This document shows, piece by piece, positions 48,598 to 58,017 of a stretch of 64,000 nt of DNA. The stretch's first letter is position 1; each line of letters starts with the position of its first letter. The translations under genes were made by a program, and so were the position numbers. The notes beneath the pieces are model-generated. The model was not told where the DNA came from. It saw only the letters and a list, made by a program, of their open reading frames with translations, and did no database searches. The stretch comes from a virus, in IMG/VR virus record IMGVR_UViG_3300036767_000362. One strand, written 5' to 3'.

Positions 48598-48807
48598 TTA
48601 TTCTACAATGCGTTTAAGATTTCCTGCTACTTGTCGTCCTCGAAATTCTACCATCTCATACTCCATTAAGTCGCCGTCATGGACGTCGCTTAAATTTGAA
48701 GCCTTTAAAGCAGATACGTGTAAAAACACGTCTTTACCTTCTTGATCTGGTGTGATGAATCCGAAACCTTTAGCGGAATTAAACCATTTAATTTTGCCTG
48801 TTGCCAT
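48598..48807 (-). CDS. cold-shock protein
   Basis: GKIKWFNSAKGFGFITPD...DVFLHVS. Confidence 0.95.
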   Translation of the reverse strand: MATGKIKWFNSAKGFGFITPDQEGKDVFLHVSALKASNLSDVHDGDLMEYEMVEFRGRQVAGNLKRIVE

Positions 48808-48924
48808 ATTCTTCTTATGTGATCTCTTCTTATTAATTATTATCTTACTGAATTATTTATATGAATTCCTGAAAAAGGGTGTTGTTGGCATGGATAATCG
48901 ATTAAATCCACGCCAACTTTAAAA

Positions 48925-49104
48925 TTACATAGAATTTTTCTTTTCTTGTATTTCCTTACGTCTAGCTTTAGCAAGTTTCCCTAAATTTCCTAGGGCCTTT
49001 CTAGCTCTAGCCGCCGCGGCTTTAATTCCTTTAGTTTCAAAAGCTTCGTTTTCTTTAACGTAACTTTCTACAGCCTGAGTAATCTGTTGATGTGTCTCAC
49101 TCAT
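48925..49104 (-). CDS. Hc1-type histone H1-like nucleoid protein (59 aa)
   Basis: Manual translation MSETHQQITQAVESYVKENEAFETKGIKAAAARARKALGNLGKLAKARRKEIQEKKNSM; AAGGAG SD. Confidence 0.7.
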   Translation of the reverse strand: MSETHQQITQAVESYVKENEAFETKGIKAAAARARKALGNLGKLAKARRKEIQEKKNSM

Positions 49105-49687
49105 GATTTTTATTCTCCTTAATTATAACGTTATAAATCTCCATCCAATTCTTAACTCTCCGGACTGGAGTTTCATTAGTATTGTAGCTTCTATTGTGTG
49201 GAAGGTCAAGCAATAATGAATTCAAACCGTGAGCCGCACCATCTTCGGCATTAATTGGTTTGTCTTCTATCCAAAATGTTCCTGGCTTGTACCGTTTCAG
49301 GACATCTATCTTATCGGCTCCTTGATCCAAAAATGTAATTTCATTAAAAACATTACCAAAAATATTTTGGAGGTTTTCTCTTCTTAATTGGTTTGCTTTT
49401 GAATCTAAAGTTTGTGATGTTATTACATCAAATTTGTATCCTAGATCCGATAATTTTTTTATATATTCAACACTACCTTCGACAGGTTCTAAATCTTTCA
49501 TCCAAGCACTTTCATTGAATACTTTTATAAAGACTTTACTTTGACCGTCTCCTAAATGATAATTCATATCTATGCTATAATGATCTTTAGCAAATTTAGT
49601 AAAGCCTTGAGTTACCATCCATTCGTCGAAACCTTTCTCCCAGAGAAGTAAGACTCCATCGCAGTCTGTTGCTATTATTTTATTCAT
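49097..49687 (-). CDS. HAD-superfamily phosphatase (T4 gp30.2-like)
   Basis: TDCDGVL, ITS and WIEDK motifs. Confidence 0.8.
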   Translation of the reverse strand: MNKIIATDCDGVLLLWEKGFDEWMVTQGFTKFAKDHYSIDMNYHLGDGQSKVFIKVFNESAWMKDLEPVEGSVEYIKKLSDLGYKFDVITSQTLDSKANQLRRENLQNIFGNVFNEITFLDQGADKIDVLKRYKPGTFWIEDKPINAEDGAAHGLNSLLLDLPHNRSYNTNETPVRRVKNWMEIYNVIIKENKNHE

Positions 49688-49991
49688 TTAAATATCCATC
49701 TAATCGAAATGACTCAATATCTCCGCCATTGTACAAAAAACATTCTACAGCAGATTTTATTTCATTAATAGATGATCCATATTCACCATAAACATCATAT
49801 TCACCAGTTTCTTCATGTTGATCACTTTCAATAAACACACGGTAATCTGTATTATTACCATTGCCACCATGAGTAATAGAAACTTTTTCGTCAGAATCCC
49901 AATGTAGAAAATCTGCATCGTTGTCCATATCTTTTTTAAGTTTTTCGAAGTTTATATGAGAACTATTAATTTTAGGTGTTTTTTTATTCAT
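49680..49991 (-). CDS. hypothetical acidic protein
   Basis: 103-aa ORF. Confidence 0.5.
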   Translation of the reverse strand: MNKKTPKINSSHINFEKLKKDMDNDADFLHWDSDEKVSITHGGNGNNTDYRVFIESDQHEETGEYDVYGEYGSSINEIKSAVECFLYNGGDIESFRLDGYLNE

Positions 49992-49997
49992 TAAGTA

Positions 49998-50279
49998 TTA
50001 TGTTAATTTGAGACCTGAAGTCGATTCGACATATTTTTTAGCCATTTCTGCTTCTGTAGGTGAGTAGGCCATAATACTATTTCTGTGGATTCTAAATTCT
50101 TGATGTTGTGGGGTAGAAAACATAAAAGGTCCTAACCCTATTCCTTTTTCTGTTCTGATTAACATCATAGGACGTTTTATTATAAATTCTTTATCAGTTA
50201 TTTCTATTACCCTTCCTATAACTTCTTCACCGGTATTTAATTTCATTGATATTGTTTGGTCGGGCTTAATCTCTAGCAT
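49998..50279 (-). CDS. hypothetical protein (KL.TGEE.I family)
   Basis: Common large-phage motif with C-terminal Y...TSGL. Confidence 0.55.
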   Translation of the reverse strand: MLEIKPDQTISMKLNTGEEVIGRVIEITDKEFIIKRPMMLIRTEKGIGLGPFMFSTPQHQEFRIHRNSIMAYSPTEAEMAKKYVESTSGLKLT

Positions 50280-50517
50280 ATTTCTCCTTATCTATTTTTT
50301 TAAAATGTTCTACTAGATTGTCATAATTTCCTATTAATTTTCCGTCTAAGACAATTTGAGGAACAGTTCGGACATTAGGAACTGCTTCTAATAATTGCTC
50401 TGTAGTCCAGCCTTCACCAATCATTCTTTCTTCATATACAATTTCTTTTTGTTCTAAAAGTCTTTTAGCCATATCACAAAAATGACATTGCATTTTAGAC
50501 CAAACTATATTCGACAT
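50266..50517 (-). CDS. glutaredoxin
   Basis: CHFC and RTVPQI..DG..IG. Confidence 0.9.
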   Translation of the reverse strand: MSNIVWSKMQCHFCDMAKRLLEQKEIVYEERMIGEGWTTEQLLEAVPNVRTVPQIVLDGKLIGNYDNLVEHFKKIDKEKYARD

Positions 50518-50937
50518 TTAATTATCCTTTACTTCTGGAATAGGAATTGCGCCTATGCCTTCATCGTGAAGTTTTTTAACTTCGTTATCAGTTGCAGTAC
50601 CGAAAATGTGATCGTCTCTTTCTCCTTTAGATGCTTTTCTGGCTTCCTTGGCAAAATTACGACCAACGTCTTCACAGTTCTTTGTAACCCAATTATTTAA
50701 ATTTTTTAATGCTTGTCTACTATTAAAAAAGACTTTGTTCTTTTTATCTTTCTTTGGCGATTCTTTAGTTTTAGTTTTGACAATACTAGGAGCCATTAGT
50801 GCTCTCCTAATATTAGGATCATCACACATAGGACAAAGTAGTAAATTTTTCTTTTTTTGATCTAGGTATGCAGTTTCAGAATCAAACCACCCTTCGAATT
50901 TATGGTCGTGTGTGCATAGTAAATTATATTTCGCCAT
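50518..50937 (-). CDS. DUF1178 family protein
   Basis: Y.L.C...H.FEGWF, CP.C, ALMAP, EDVG..FA.EARK, I.G.A. Confidence 0.85.
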   Translation of the reverse strand: MAKYNLLCTHDHKFEGWFDSETAYLDQKKKNLLLCPMCDDPNIRRALMAPSIVKTKTKESPKKDKKNKVFFNSRQALKNLNNWVTKNCEDVGRNFAKEARKASKGERDDHIFGTATDNEVKKLHDEGIGAIPIPEVKDN

Positions 50938-51118
50938 CGTACTTAATTCTCCAATCACTTTTGGTATTGTTCTTTTTGTCCATATAATCTAGTATAAGAT
51001 TGATTGCGAGAATTGTCAAGCCGAATCCAATAATCATCCAAAGTCCTTTGCCTTCTTCCCAATTGGTTAAAAGAAACCAAAGTACTTCCATGCCGTCCAT
51101 ATTTTGAAATTTATCCAT
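50924..51118 (-). CDS. small membrane protein
   Basis: Single TM segment. Confidence 0.45.
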   Translation of the reverse strand: MDKFQNMDGMEVLWFLLTNWEEGKGLWMIIGFGLTILAINLILDYMDKKNNTKSDWRIKYDGEI

Positions 51119-52221
51119 TATAATTTAAATTTAGAAAATTGTCCTTCTTTTATATCTTGATTAATACCACCAATTAAGTATGACTCTACTTCTGTTTCTT
51201 GTGGAGCAACTTGTAATTCTCTTGAACTTAACCAATGTCTAGTCCAAGGTAATGGATCTTGAGATGGTGGAATATCATATATTGGATCAAAGCCCAAAGC
51301 TCTTAATCTTTTATTTCCAGTCCATTCTACGTATCTGTGTAAAAGTTTTTCATTTAATCCTATTAAAGATCCTTCATTAAACAAATGCTTTGCCCAAGCC
51401 TTTTCTTCTTCTACACAATTTTTAAACATTTGAATAACTTGTTTATCGCAACTTTTAATAATTTTTTTCATTTCAGGGTCATCGCCTTTTTGCCAATTTT
51501 TAATTATACGTGATGTTAGGTTTAAATGCGTAGCTTCATCTCTAGCAATTAATGATAATATTTTAGCAGAACCTTCCATAAGTTTAAGTTCGCCAAATGC
51601 AAATGTACAAGCAAATGATACATAGAACCTTAGTCCTTCTAATAAATTAACACTAAACATTGCCAAATACAATTGTTTTTTAACTTCTTTAAGATCACCT
51701 TTACCTTTTACAAAATAATCCTGTGCCACACTTCCAAATGTATCATAGTTTTCTGTAACTGATTTTGCTCTTTTAAGTATTTCTTTGTCTGTTAAAATAG
51801 TATCAAATACTTCAGATGGATTAGGATAAACGTTCTTCATAATATGTGAATAAGCTCTTGAATGAAGTGCCTCCATAAAATCCCAAGTTACTATGCAACC
51901 TTCTAGTTCAGGTAATGAACAGTAAGGAAGAAACATTAAAGCAGGGCCTCTGCCTTGTACACTATCTAACAATGTTTGGTATTTTAAATTTGATGTGAAT
52001 ATATGTTTTTGTTCTGGACGGAACTGTGCGTAATCTGATCTGTCTTTTTGTAAACTTACTTCCTCGGGTCTCCAAAAATATCCAAGCATAGTTTGATTAA
52101 GTTTATCAAATTGAGGATATTTGAATATATCATACCTTTGTACATTTAGGTCCGCACCAAAAAACATTGGTTGTTTTGTAAAGTCTATATTGCTATCTTT
52201 ATTGAATACTGATTTGCTCAT
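51118..52221 (-). CDS. nrdB: ribonucleotide reductase class Ia beta subunit
   Basis: FWRPEEV, E.LHS..Y, EGLRFYVSF, RDEA.H, VAPQETE; likely start MSKSVF. Confidence 0.95.
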   Translation of the reverse strand: MSKSVFNKDSNIDFTKQPMFFGADLNVQRYDIFKYPQFDKLNQTMLGYFWRPEEVSLQKDRSDYAQFRPEQKHIFTSNLKYQTLLDSVQGRGPALMFLPYCSLPELEGCIVTWDFMEALHSRAYSHIMKNVYPNPSEVFDTILTDKEILKRAKSVTENYDTFGSVAQDYFVKGKGDLKEVKKQLYLAMFSVNLLEGLRFYVSFACTFAFGELKLMEGSAKILSLIARDEATHLNLTSRIIKNWQKGDDPEMKKIIKSCDKQVIQMFKNCVEEEKAWAKHLFNEGSLIGLNEKLLHRYVEWTGNKRLRALGFDPIYDIPPSQDPLPWTRHWLSSRELQVAPQETEVESYLIGGINQDIKEGQFSKFKL

Positions 52222-52232
52222 AAGTCGTAATA

Positions 52233-54635
52233 TTATATAGTACAAGCATCACAGTCTTCTCCTGAATTTGTATCTACTAATTCAGCAACTTTCTCTTTTG
52301 ATACTTCTCCGTTAATTTTTGCATCACCATTTATTCCAGTAATTGGTTTTTCTTTTAAATGGTCATAAATTTTGCTAGTGTCAATTCCTGCTGGCTGTAC
52401 ATCTTCTTCTTCACCTTTAAAGTCATAAGTGTTTTGGTAATAAGCCGTTTTCCATCCATATTTGTATGCATTAAGCATATCCTTCGCCATTGCAGATAAA
52501 GGAACTTCATTATTTTCATAGTGTAATGGATTGTAACTCCAGTTACCACTGATAGCTTGGTCAAAGTATTTTTGCATTACAGAAACAACTTTAATATATC
52601 CGTCATTATTTTCCATATCCCAAAGTAAAGTATATGCGTTTTTAAGTTTAGGATAACCTGGAACTATTTGTTTCAATGGACCTTTTTTACTTTTTTTAAT
52701 TGATAATATTGCTCTTGGTGGTTCAATTCCATTTGTTTCATTACTAACTACAGAAGAACTTTCACTTGGCATTTGAGCTGTTACTGTTGAATGTCTTAAT
52801 CCGTGTTTTAAAATATTTTTTCTTAAAGTTTCCCATGCCATTCTTTGTTTATGTGGCACAATTTTATCAACATCTTTTTTATAATGATCTATTGGTAATT
52901 GACCATCTGAATATGTTGTTCTATCAAATCTTTCACATTTTCCTTTTTCTTGTGCTAATTCATTACTAGCTTTTAATAGATAAAATTGAAATGCTTCAGA
53001 TAATCTATCAACGGCCTCCCAAGCGCCTTGTTCACTATATTTGTAGCCTTGTTTTGCTAGGTAGTGTGCTAATCCAATATAACCAACTCCTAAAGAACGT
53101 CTTGCTTTGGTGCTGTTCTCTGCCGCCTTAACTGGATAATTTTGATAATCAATTATTTCATCTAAAGCTCTTATAGTTAAATCGCATATTGGTTCTAATT
53201 CTGACACGTCACTTATTGTTCCAACATTAATTGCAGAAAGAATACAAAGTGCAATTTCTCCTTTTTCATCATCAATGTGTTGAATGGGTTTTGTAGGTAA
53301 TGTAATTTCTTGACATAAGTTTGACATTGTTATTCTGTCTTTGAAAGATGAGTGAGTATTGCAATGGTCTATATTCATAATATAAATTCTGCCTGTTTCT
53401 GCTCTTTCTTTTAATATATCAAAGAATAATTTTTGTGCAGATACTTTTCTACTGTCAATTGATTTATCTTTTTCATATTTTAAATATAGTTCATCAAATT
53501 TAGGTGTGCCCCAGGCTTTCATTAAACTAGGTACTTCGTGTGGAGAGAATAATGTAATGTCTCCTTCAGTAATAAATCTTTCATAAAACAATTTAGAAAT
53601 TTGAATTGAGTAATCCATTTTTCTAGCTCTGTTGTCTTCAGTTCCTTTATTATTTTTAAGAACTATAATGTCTTTAATTTCTTGGTGCCATATAGGAAAG
53701 TGTACTGTTGCGTTTCCACCGCGTACTCCATTTTGGGTACAACTTCTAACTGTAGCTTCGAACTTTTTAAGAAACGGAATCACGCCTGTGTGTTGTACTT
53801 CTCCACCTCTTATTTTAGAATTAATTCCTCTTATGCGTCCTGCATTAATTCCTATACCTGCTCTACGTGCCACATATAAACCGATTGCCATATCACTAGA
53901 AAAAATTGAAGGAAGAGTATCATCACTATCAACTAAAACACAACTTGCGAATTGTTTAATAGGTGTTCTAACTCCTGCCATTACTGGTGTTGGAATATTA
54001 ATTTTAAATTGTGATATTGCATCATAATATCTTTTAACATATTGTAATCTATTTTTTTCTGGATAGTTAGCAAATAAGGTTGCCGCAATCATCATATACA
54101 TATCTTGTGGTGTTTCGTATAATTGTCCTGTACTTCTATCTTGTACAAGATATTTGTCTACTACTTGTCTTATTCCAGCATAAGTGAAATTTAAATCTCT
54201 GTCTCTTCGTATCCAAGAATTAAGTTTTTTTGATTCTGTTTTAGAATATTTTTCCATGATGTCTTTGTCATAAACACCTGATTGGACATTTCTTTCAATT
54301 AATTTAGGCAAAGGCATATATTCATATTGTCCGTGTGCTTCTTTACGTACATCATATAAAAGTAATCTTGCCGCGGCGAATTGATAGTTTGGTTGATCTA
54401 GAGTTATTAAATCATTTGCTGACTTAATTAGGATTTGTTGAATTCCTTTAGTTGTTATTCCATCATAAAATTGAATATTAGCATTCATTTCTATTTGAGA
54501 TGAGCTAACACCAGGTAAATCGTTACAAGCTTCTTCAACTACAAAATGAATTTTATTAATATCTAATTTTTCTAGTTTGCCTTTACGTTTTTGTACCTTA
54601 ATCTGTGAATACGCCTGAGTTGTAGTAGTTTCCAT
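52233..54635 (-). CDS. nrdA: ribonucleotide reductase class Ia alpha subunit
   Basis: ATP-cone, PTPVMAG, SCVL, SNLCQEI and C-terminal CDACTI. Confidence 0.96.
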   Translation of the reverse strand: METTTTQAYSQIKVQKRKGKLEKLDINKIHFVVEEACNDLPGVSSSQIEMNANIQFYDGITTKGIQQILIKSANDLITLDQPNYQFAAARLLLYDVRKEAHGQYEYMPLPKLIERNVQSGVYDKDIMEKYSKTESKKLNSWIRRDRDLNFTYAGIRQVVDKYLVQDRSTGQLYETPQDMYMMIAATLFANYPEKNRLQYVKRYYDAISQFKINIPTPVMAGVRTPIKQFASCVLVDSDDTLPSIFSSDMAIGLYVARRAGIGINAGRIRGINSKIRGGEVQHTGVIPFLKKFEATVRSCTQNGVRGGNATVHFPIWHQEIKDIIVLKNNKGTEDNRARKMDYSIQISKLFYERFITEGDITLFSPHEVPSLMKAWGTPKFDELYLKYEKDKSIDSRKVSAQKLFFDILKERAETGRIYIMNIDHCNTHSSFKDRITMSNLCQEITLPTKPIQHIDDEKGEIALCILSAINVGTISDVSELEPICDLTIRALDEIIDYQNYPVKAAENSTKARRSLGVGYIGLAHYLAKQGYKYSEQGAWEAVDRLSEAFQFYLLKASNELAQEKGKCERFDRTTYSDGQLPIDHYKKDVDKIVPHKQRMAWETLRKNILKHGLRHSTVTAQMPSESSSVVSNETNGIEPPRAILSIKKSKKGPLKQIVPGYPKLKNAYTLLWDMENNDGYIKVVSVMQKYFDQAISGNWSYNPLHYENNEVPLSAMAKDMLNAYKYGWKTAYYQNTYDFKGEEEDVQPAGIDTSKIYDHLKEKPITGINGDAKINGEVSKEKVAELVDTNSGEDCDACTI

Positions 54636-54773
54636 AAAATTATTTTGTTTTGTCCCTGTCCGATGTATTCTTTAAAGTACTATTTATTTTATATTTATGA
54701 TTAGCTTATTATATGCAATTTTTTTGTTTTTGTCAATTTATATTTGCTTCGTTTTTGTAAAAATTTAAAAGGG

Positions 54774-54819
54774 TAATATGGTACTAAAACTAAAGGTTGT
54801 TAGTTAAAGTACCATATTA
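54774..54819. other. long inverted repeat upstream of nrdA
   Basis: TAATATGGTACT / AGTACCATATTA outer stem and AACTAA / TTAGTT inner stem. Confidence 0.6.
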
Positions 54820-54841
54820 TAATTATCTAAGAAAATTTCTA

Positions 54842-56470
54842 TTAAGAAAGAACCGAAACGTGGAAAAGTAAGCCTGCATTGTCCCCAGCAGTAGTATTTT
54901 TAACATAAAATACCAAAGTTTCCTTTGTTGTGTCGCCATTTTCGTCTGATAATGCAGTTGTGAATTCTAAATTAGTTTGATAAGATGCATCACCATCGTA
55001 ATTATATTCATCTGCTATTTTAGTAGTACCTTGTGCTATATTAAGCATTACATTTAATTCACCATGTCTTGTTGCGTTAACTGTATTGCTTAGATATGTA
55101 TAATCAATTTTATATTTTTTATTTGAATCTGCTGGTAATCTAAATAATCTTTGTGTAGTTGGTACATAACCAACTGAAGCATCAAACGTATATGAAAAAG
55201 TACCTGCAAACTTTCCTTCTATCTCTGGAATATATGCAACATTAGATAAATTTGAAGTATCAGATGATAAAACTTTTGTTCTAGTAAAGTGATCTGCGTG
55301 AGATGAATTATTTTTAGATTCAAATTTAATTACTCCAGATATTGGTCCATTTTCTGTACCACCATCATTTCCAACTAATGCATAAGAATTATTTGCACTA
55401 ACATTTCCATAACCTTCTTTAACCCAAAAACCATTTTTATCTATGTTAGCAAATCTTGAATTAGTAATAGTATTGTTAATAGGTCCTGTAGCCATTGCTA
55501 CATTTCCTAAATTTGTGCCTCTACCCCATACTACACCATATCCTAAATTTTCAAATATGCTGTTTGTAAAAGTATTATTAACAATATCATTATCTGAAAT
55601 TATTCCATTGCTCCAACCATCTACATAAAATTTGTTAAAATTATTATTTGAACAAGTAACAACAGAACTTAAACTTGCTAATTTAATTCCTGCTTCAGCA
55701 CCATTTTGAATTGCTGTTCCTGTAGTCCACGGTCCTTTTAATTTAACATCTTCAAAAAAACTATTAGAAACATTATCTAATTGCATTCCAAAATATGCGT
55801 GACTAGTTGTATGTTCAATTGTTAAACCTTTAATTGAAAGGTGTCTTGGTTGATTAAGAGTAGTTGTTTGTGCAAAGTGAGTTGAACTGTCGCCCGGAAC
55901 TCTAATTCCGTTTACTGCAACAATACTTGTAAAACTTCCATCTTGTTTTATAACAGTTTTGTCACTACCATCTCCTTCGATATTTGTAAAAGGTGGTAAT
56001 TTTAATGTTCCGTTAATAACATATACTCCAGCATGAAGATGAAGTGTAACTCTGCTTGTTTCATTTCCAACAGTTGCCGGGTTACAAAATAATTGATCTA
56101 TTGCTCTTTGTAAAGCAACTGTTACGTCTGTACCATCTCCAGTAATACCAAATGACCTAGCACTAACTAAATCATCTAGTCTAGATTGTAAATCTCTTTT
56201 AGTATGATCTAAGGCAGTTATACCTGTTTGTACAGTAGACCCATTTAGGTAAATGTATTGATTGCTTAATTGAAATAAATTGTCGTGTTCTGTTAAAACT
56301 TTAGTATTTCCAACATTAGGTGCACCTTCAGCCACAGAGCCATTACCCAAGTATAATTCTTGAGAATCTACTGCCCAGCCAAATTCACCACCTGCAAGTT
56401 GGGGTAAACCAGAACCTGCGGTCTTTTTACCTCGTCTAATCTGTATTCTTGATATCGATACAATAGCCAT
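54842..56470 (-). CDS. virion protein with beta-helix (pectin-lyase-like) domain
   Basis: ISRIQ.RRG...LPQLA.GE.GWA.D...LY.GNG; FG..GDG.D...LQRAID; Asn-rich helical repeats. Confidence 0.65.
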   Translation of the reverse strand: MAIVSISRIQIRRGKKTAGSGLPQLAGGEFGWAVDSQELYLGNGSVAEGAPNVGNTKVLTEHDNLFQLSNQYIYLNGSTVQTGITALDHTKRDLQSRLDDLVSARSFGITGDGTDVTVALQRAIDQLFCNPATVGNETSRVTLHLHAGVYVINGTLKLPPFTNIEGDGSDKTVIKQDGSFTSIVAVNGIRVPGDSSTHFAQTTTLNQPRHLSIKGLTIEHTTSHAYFGMQLDNVSNSFFEDVKLKGPWTTGTAIQNGAEAGIKLASLSSVVTCSNNNFNKFYVDGWSNGIISDNDIVNNTFTNSIFENLGYGVVWGRGTNLGNVAMATGPINNTITNSRFANIDKNGFWVKEGYGNVSANNSYALVGNDGGTENGPISGVIKFESKNNSSHADHFTRTKVLSSDTSNLSNVAYIPEIEGKFAGTFSYTFDASVGYVPTTQRLFRLPADSNKKYKIDYTYLSNTVNATRHGELNVMLNIAQGTTKIADEYNYDGDASYQTNLEFTTALSDENGDTTKETLVFYVKNTTAGDNAGLLFHVSVLS

Positions 56471-56518
56471 ATATGTCCTTATTATTTTATATTTATCGAC
56501 TGTATCGTGTTTTGAAAT

Positions 56519-57202
56519 TTAGTTCGTATGTTTAATATAGTACTGCTCTACCCTTTTCCACCACATATCTTTATAATCATTGTAGTTTTCAGGTGTTATG
56601 TTAAATTGTTGGTATGTAAGATTCCTGCAACATAAAAATACGTGTCCTTGGTTAATATTAGTACCGTACACTTCATTATGTGCTTCTGCATAAGCCACTA
56701 ACTGCAAATAGTAATCTGTAACCCATTCTTCACGTTTGGGCTTGTTTGACTGTTTAAAGTCTATGATAGCAGGCATACCTTTATATTCTCCTAATATGTC
56801 AGTTGTGCCGGCATAAATTTTAGGAAAATATAATCCAACTTCACTGCCCCATATTTCATTAATATCTTTTAATCCATTTTCATATATTTTTTGTGCCATT
56901 TTAAAAGCCTGTTGATGATAAGGATTAGAACCGGGTTTTTTCCATTCGCCGTTGTTTACATAATGTTCAAGATGTTTATGCATAGAAGTTCCAACGGTAG
57001 TTGCTTCAGCAGTTATTTCTTTAGCTTTTTGATAGCCTACTTTTTTACGCCATTTGACTAAATGAGTTTTGTCTTTAGTATCGTCTAGGATTGTTGTAAC
57101 ACTTGCTAATTTGTCGCCGTCTGGGGTTTGATATACTCTTCTACCTTCAAGTATGGATCGGGACATTTTTTTATATTCATACTTCTCGGTAATTAACGAC
57201 AT
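56519..57202 (-). CDS. PD-(D/E)xK exonuclease
   Basis: SVTTIL, GT..H..LE, YAGTTD, IIDFKQS, Y.LQL.AYA. Confidence 0.85.
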   Translation of the reverse strand: MSLITEKYEYKKMSRSILEGRRVYQTPDGDKLASVTTILDDTKDKTHLVKWRKKVGYQKAKEITAEATTVGTSMHKHLEHYVNNGEWKKPGSNPYHQQAFKMAQKIYENGLKDINEIWGSEVGLYFPKIYAGTTDILGEYKGMPAIIDFKQSNKPKREEWVTDYYLQLVAYAEAHNEVYGTNINQGHVFLCCRNLTYQQFNITPENYNDYKDMWWKRVEQYYIKHTN

Positions 57203-57208
57203 TAAAAA

Positions 57209-57646
57209 TTATTTTTCGTTTTCTTGATTTTCTGTAGTCAAAGAATCTATTTTATCTAATTCCTCAGTTCCAGTAAGATTATCGATAGCCTCAATTGGTT
57301 CTAATACATCTTGCATTTGTTCCAATACTGTTTGTTCTGGAAATTGATCTGAAGGAACAAAAGGTGAATAACCTTGGTCACTTGCTGATTCATCATCTTC
57401 ACCAACAATTGATTTTACTTCTGGTACATAGTGCTTTAGCATATCTTCTACACTTTGTTGTAAAGTCATTTTAGACATTGCACAACCACTACAGGCTCCT
57501 GCTAATTGTAATTTTACAAATCCTGTTTCTTCGTCAAAGTCCAAATAATTAATGAAGCCATTATGTTGGGCAACTGAAGGTGCTACTTTTTCATCCAAAA
57601 TAGTCTTGATATCTTTAACTATTTCTTCTTTTGTTCTATCTGTCAT
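57209..57646 (-). CDS. NifU/NfuA-like Fe-S carrier
   Basis: V.P.VA.HNG.I, L.GACSGC..S..TL; acidic extension. Confidence 0.85.
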   Translation of the reverse strand: MTDRTKEEIVKDIKTILDEKVAPSVAQHNGFINYLDFDEETGFVKLQLAGACSGCAMSKMTLQQSVEDMLKHYVPEVKSIVGEDDESASDQGYSPFVPSDQFPEQTVLEQMQDVLEPIEAIDNLTGTEELDKIDSLTTENQENEK

Positions 57647-57681
57647 CTTGTTATTTTATGTTACTTTTTGTGTAAAGTCAA

Positions 57682-58017
57682 TTAAAATCTTTTGGCGGTA
57701 GCTCGTTTAGCCATTTGCTTAATATCTGATGTTTTCTTCTTTTGAGTTATTTCTGGATTTGAATTATTTGCATCTGTTTTTAATGTGATGCCATCTTTAT
57801 CAAATTTTTGGGTTAAGTTTTTTACGCCAGGAACACTATCGTATCTGTTTTTGAAGTTATTAAAGCTATATTGACCGCCTCCGACATTCTGCATTATTTT
57901 ATTAAGAGCATCATAATTTAAATAGGCAGTTTGCCCTTTAGAATTTGCACTACTAATTAAATTTCTTAATGTTTGGATAAGGAGAGTGTCGGAAGACTCG
58001 GTTAAGCCTTTTTTTTT
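57682..58017 (-). CDS. ORF lacking a good start, probable -1 frameshift extension of the upstream gene
   Basis: Frame is open from the A9 run to the stop at 57682; the first ATG is at 57894 with no SD. Confidence 0.55.
   Translation of the reverse strand, partial: KKKGLTESSDTLLIQTLRNLISSANSKGQTAYLNYDALNKIMQNVGGGQYSFNNFKNRYDSVPGVKNLTQKFDKDGITLKTDANNSNPEITQKKKTSDIKQMAKRATAKRF

Noticed and set aside
48433-48669. 78-aa plus-strand ORF
   Set aside because: Antisense to the tmRNA acceptor piece and csp; a shadow ORF.
51118-54635. Introns or inteins in nrdA/nrdB
   Set aside because: Both ORFs are uninterrupted and of normal length.
54774-54819. Possible NrdR box upstream of nrdA
   Set aside because: Only a loose match to the consensus; better explained as a hairpin or terminator.
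56519-57202. Cas4-like nuclease as a sign of CRISPR
   Set aside because: No repeat-spacer array or other cas genes in the window, and no Fe-S Cys cluster; an ordinary phage PD-(D/E)xK exonuclease.
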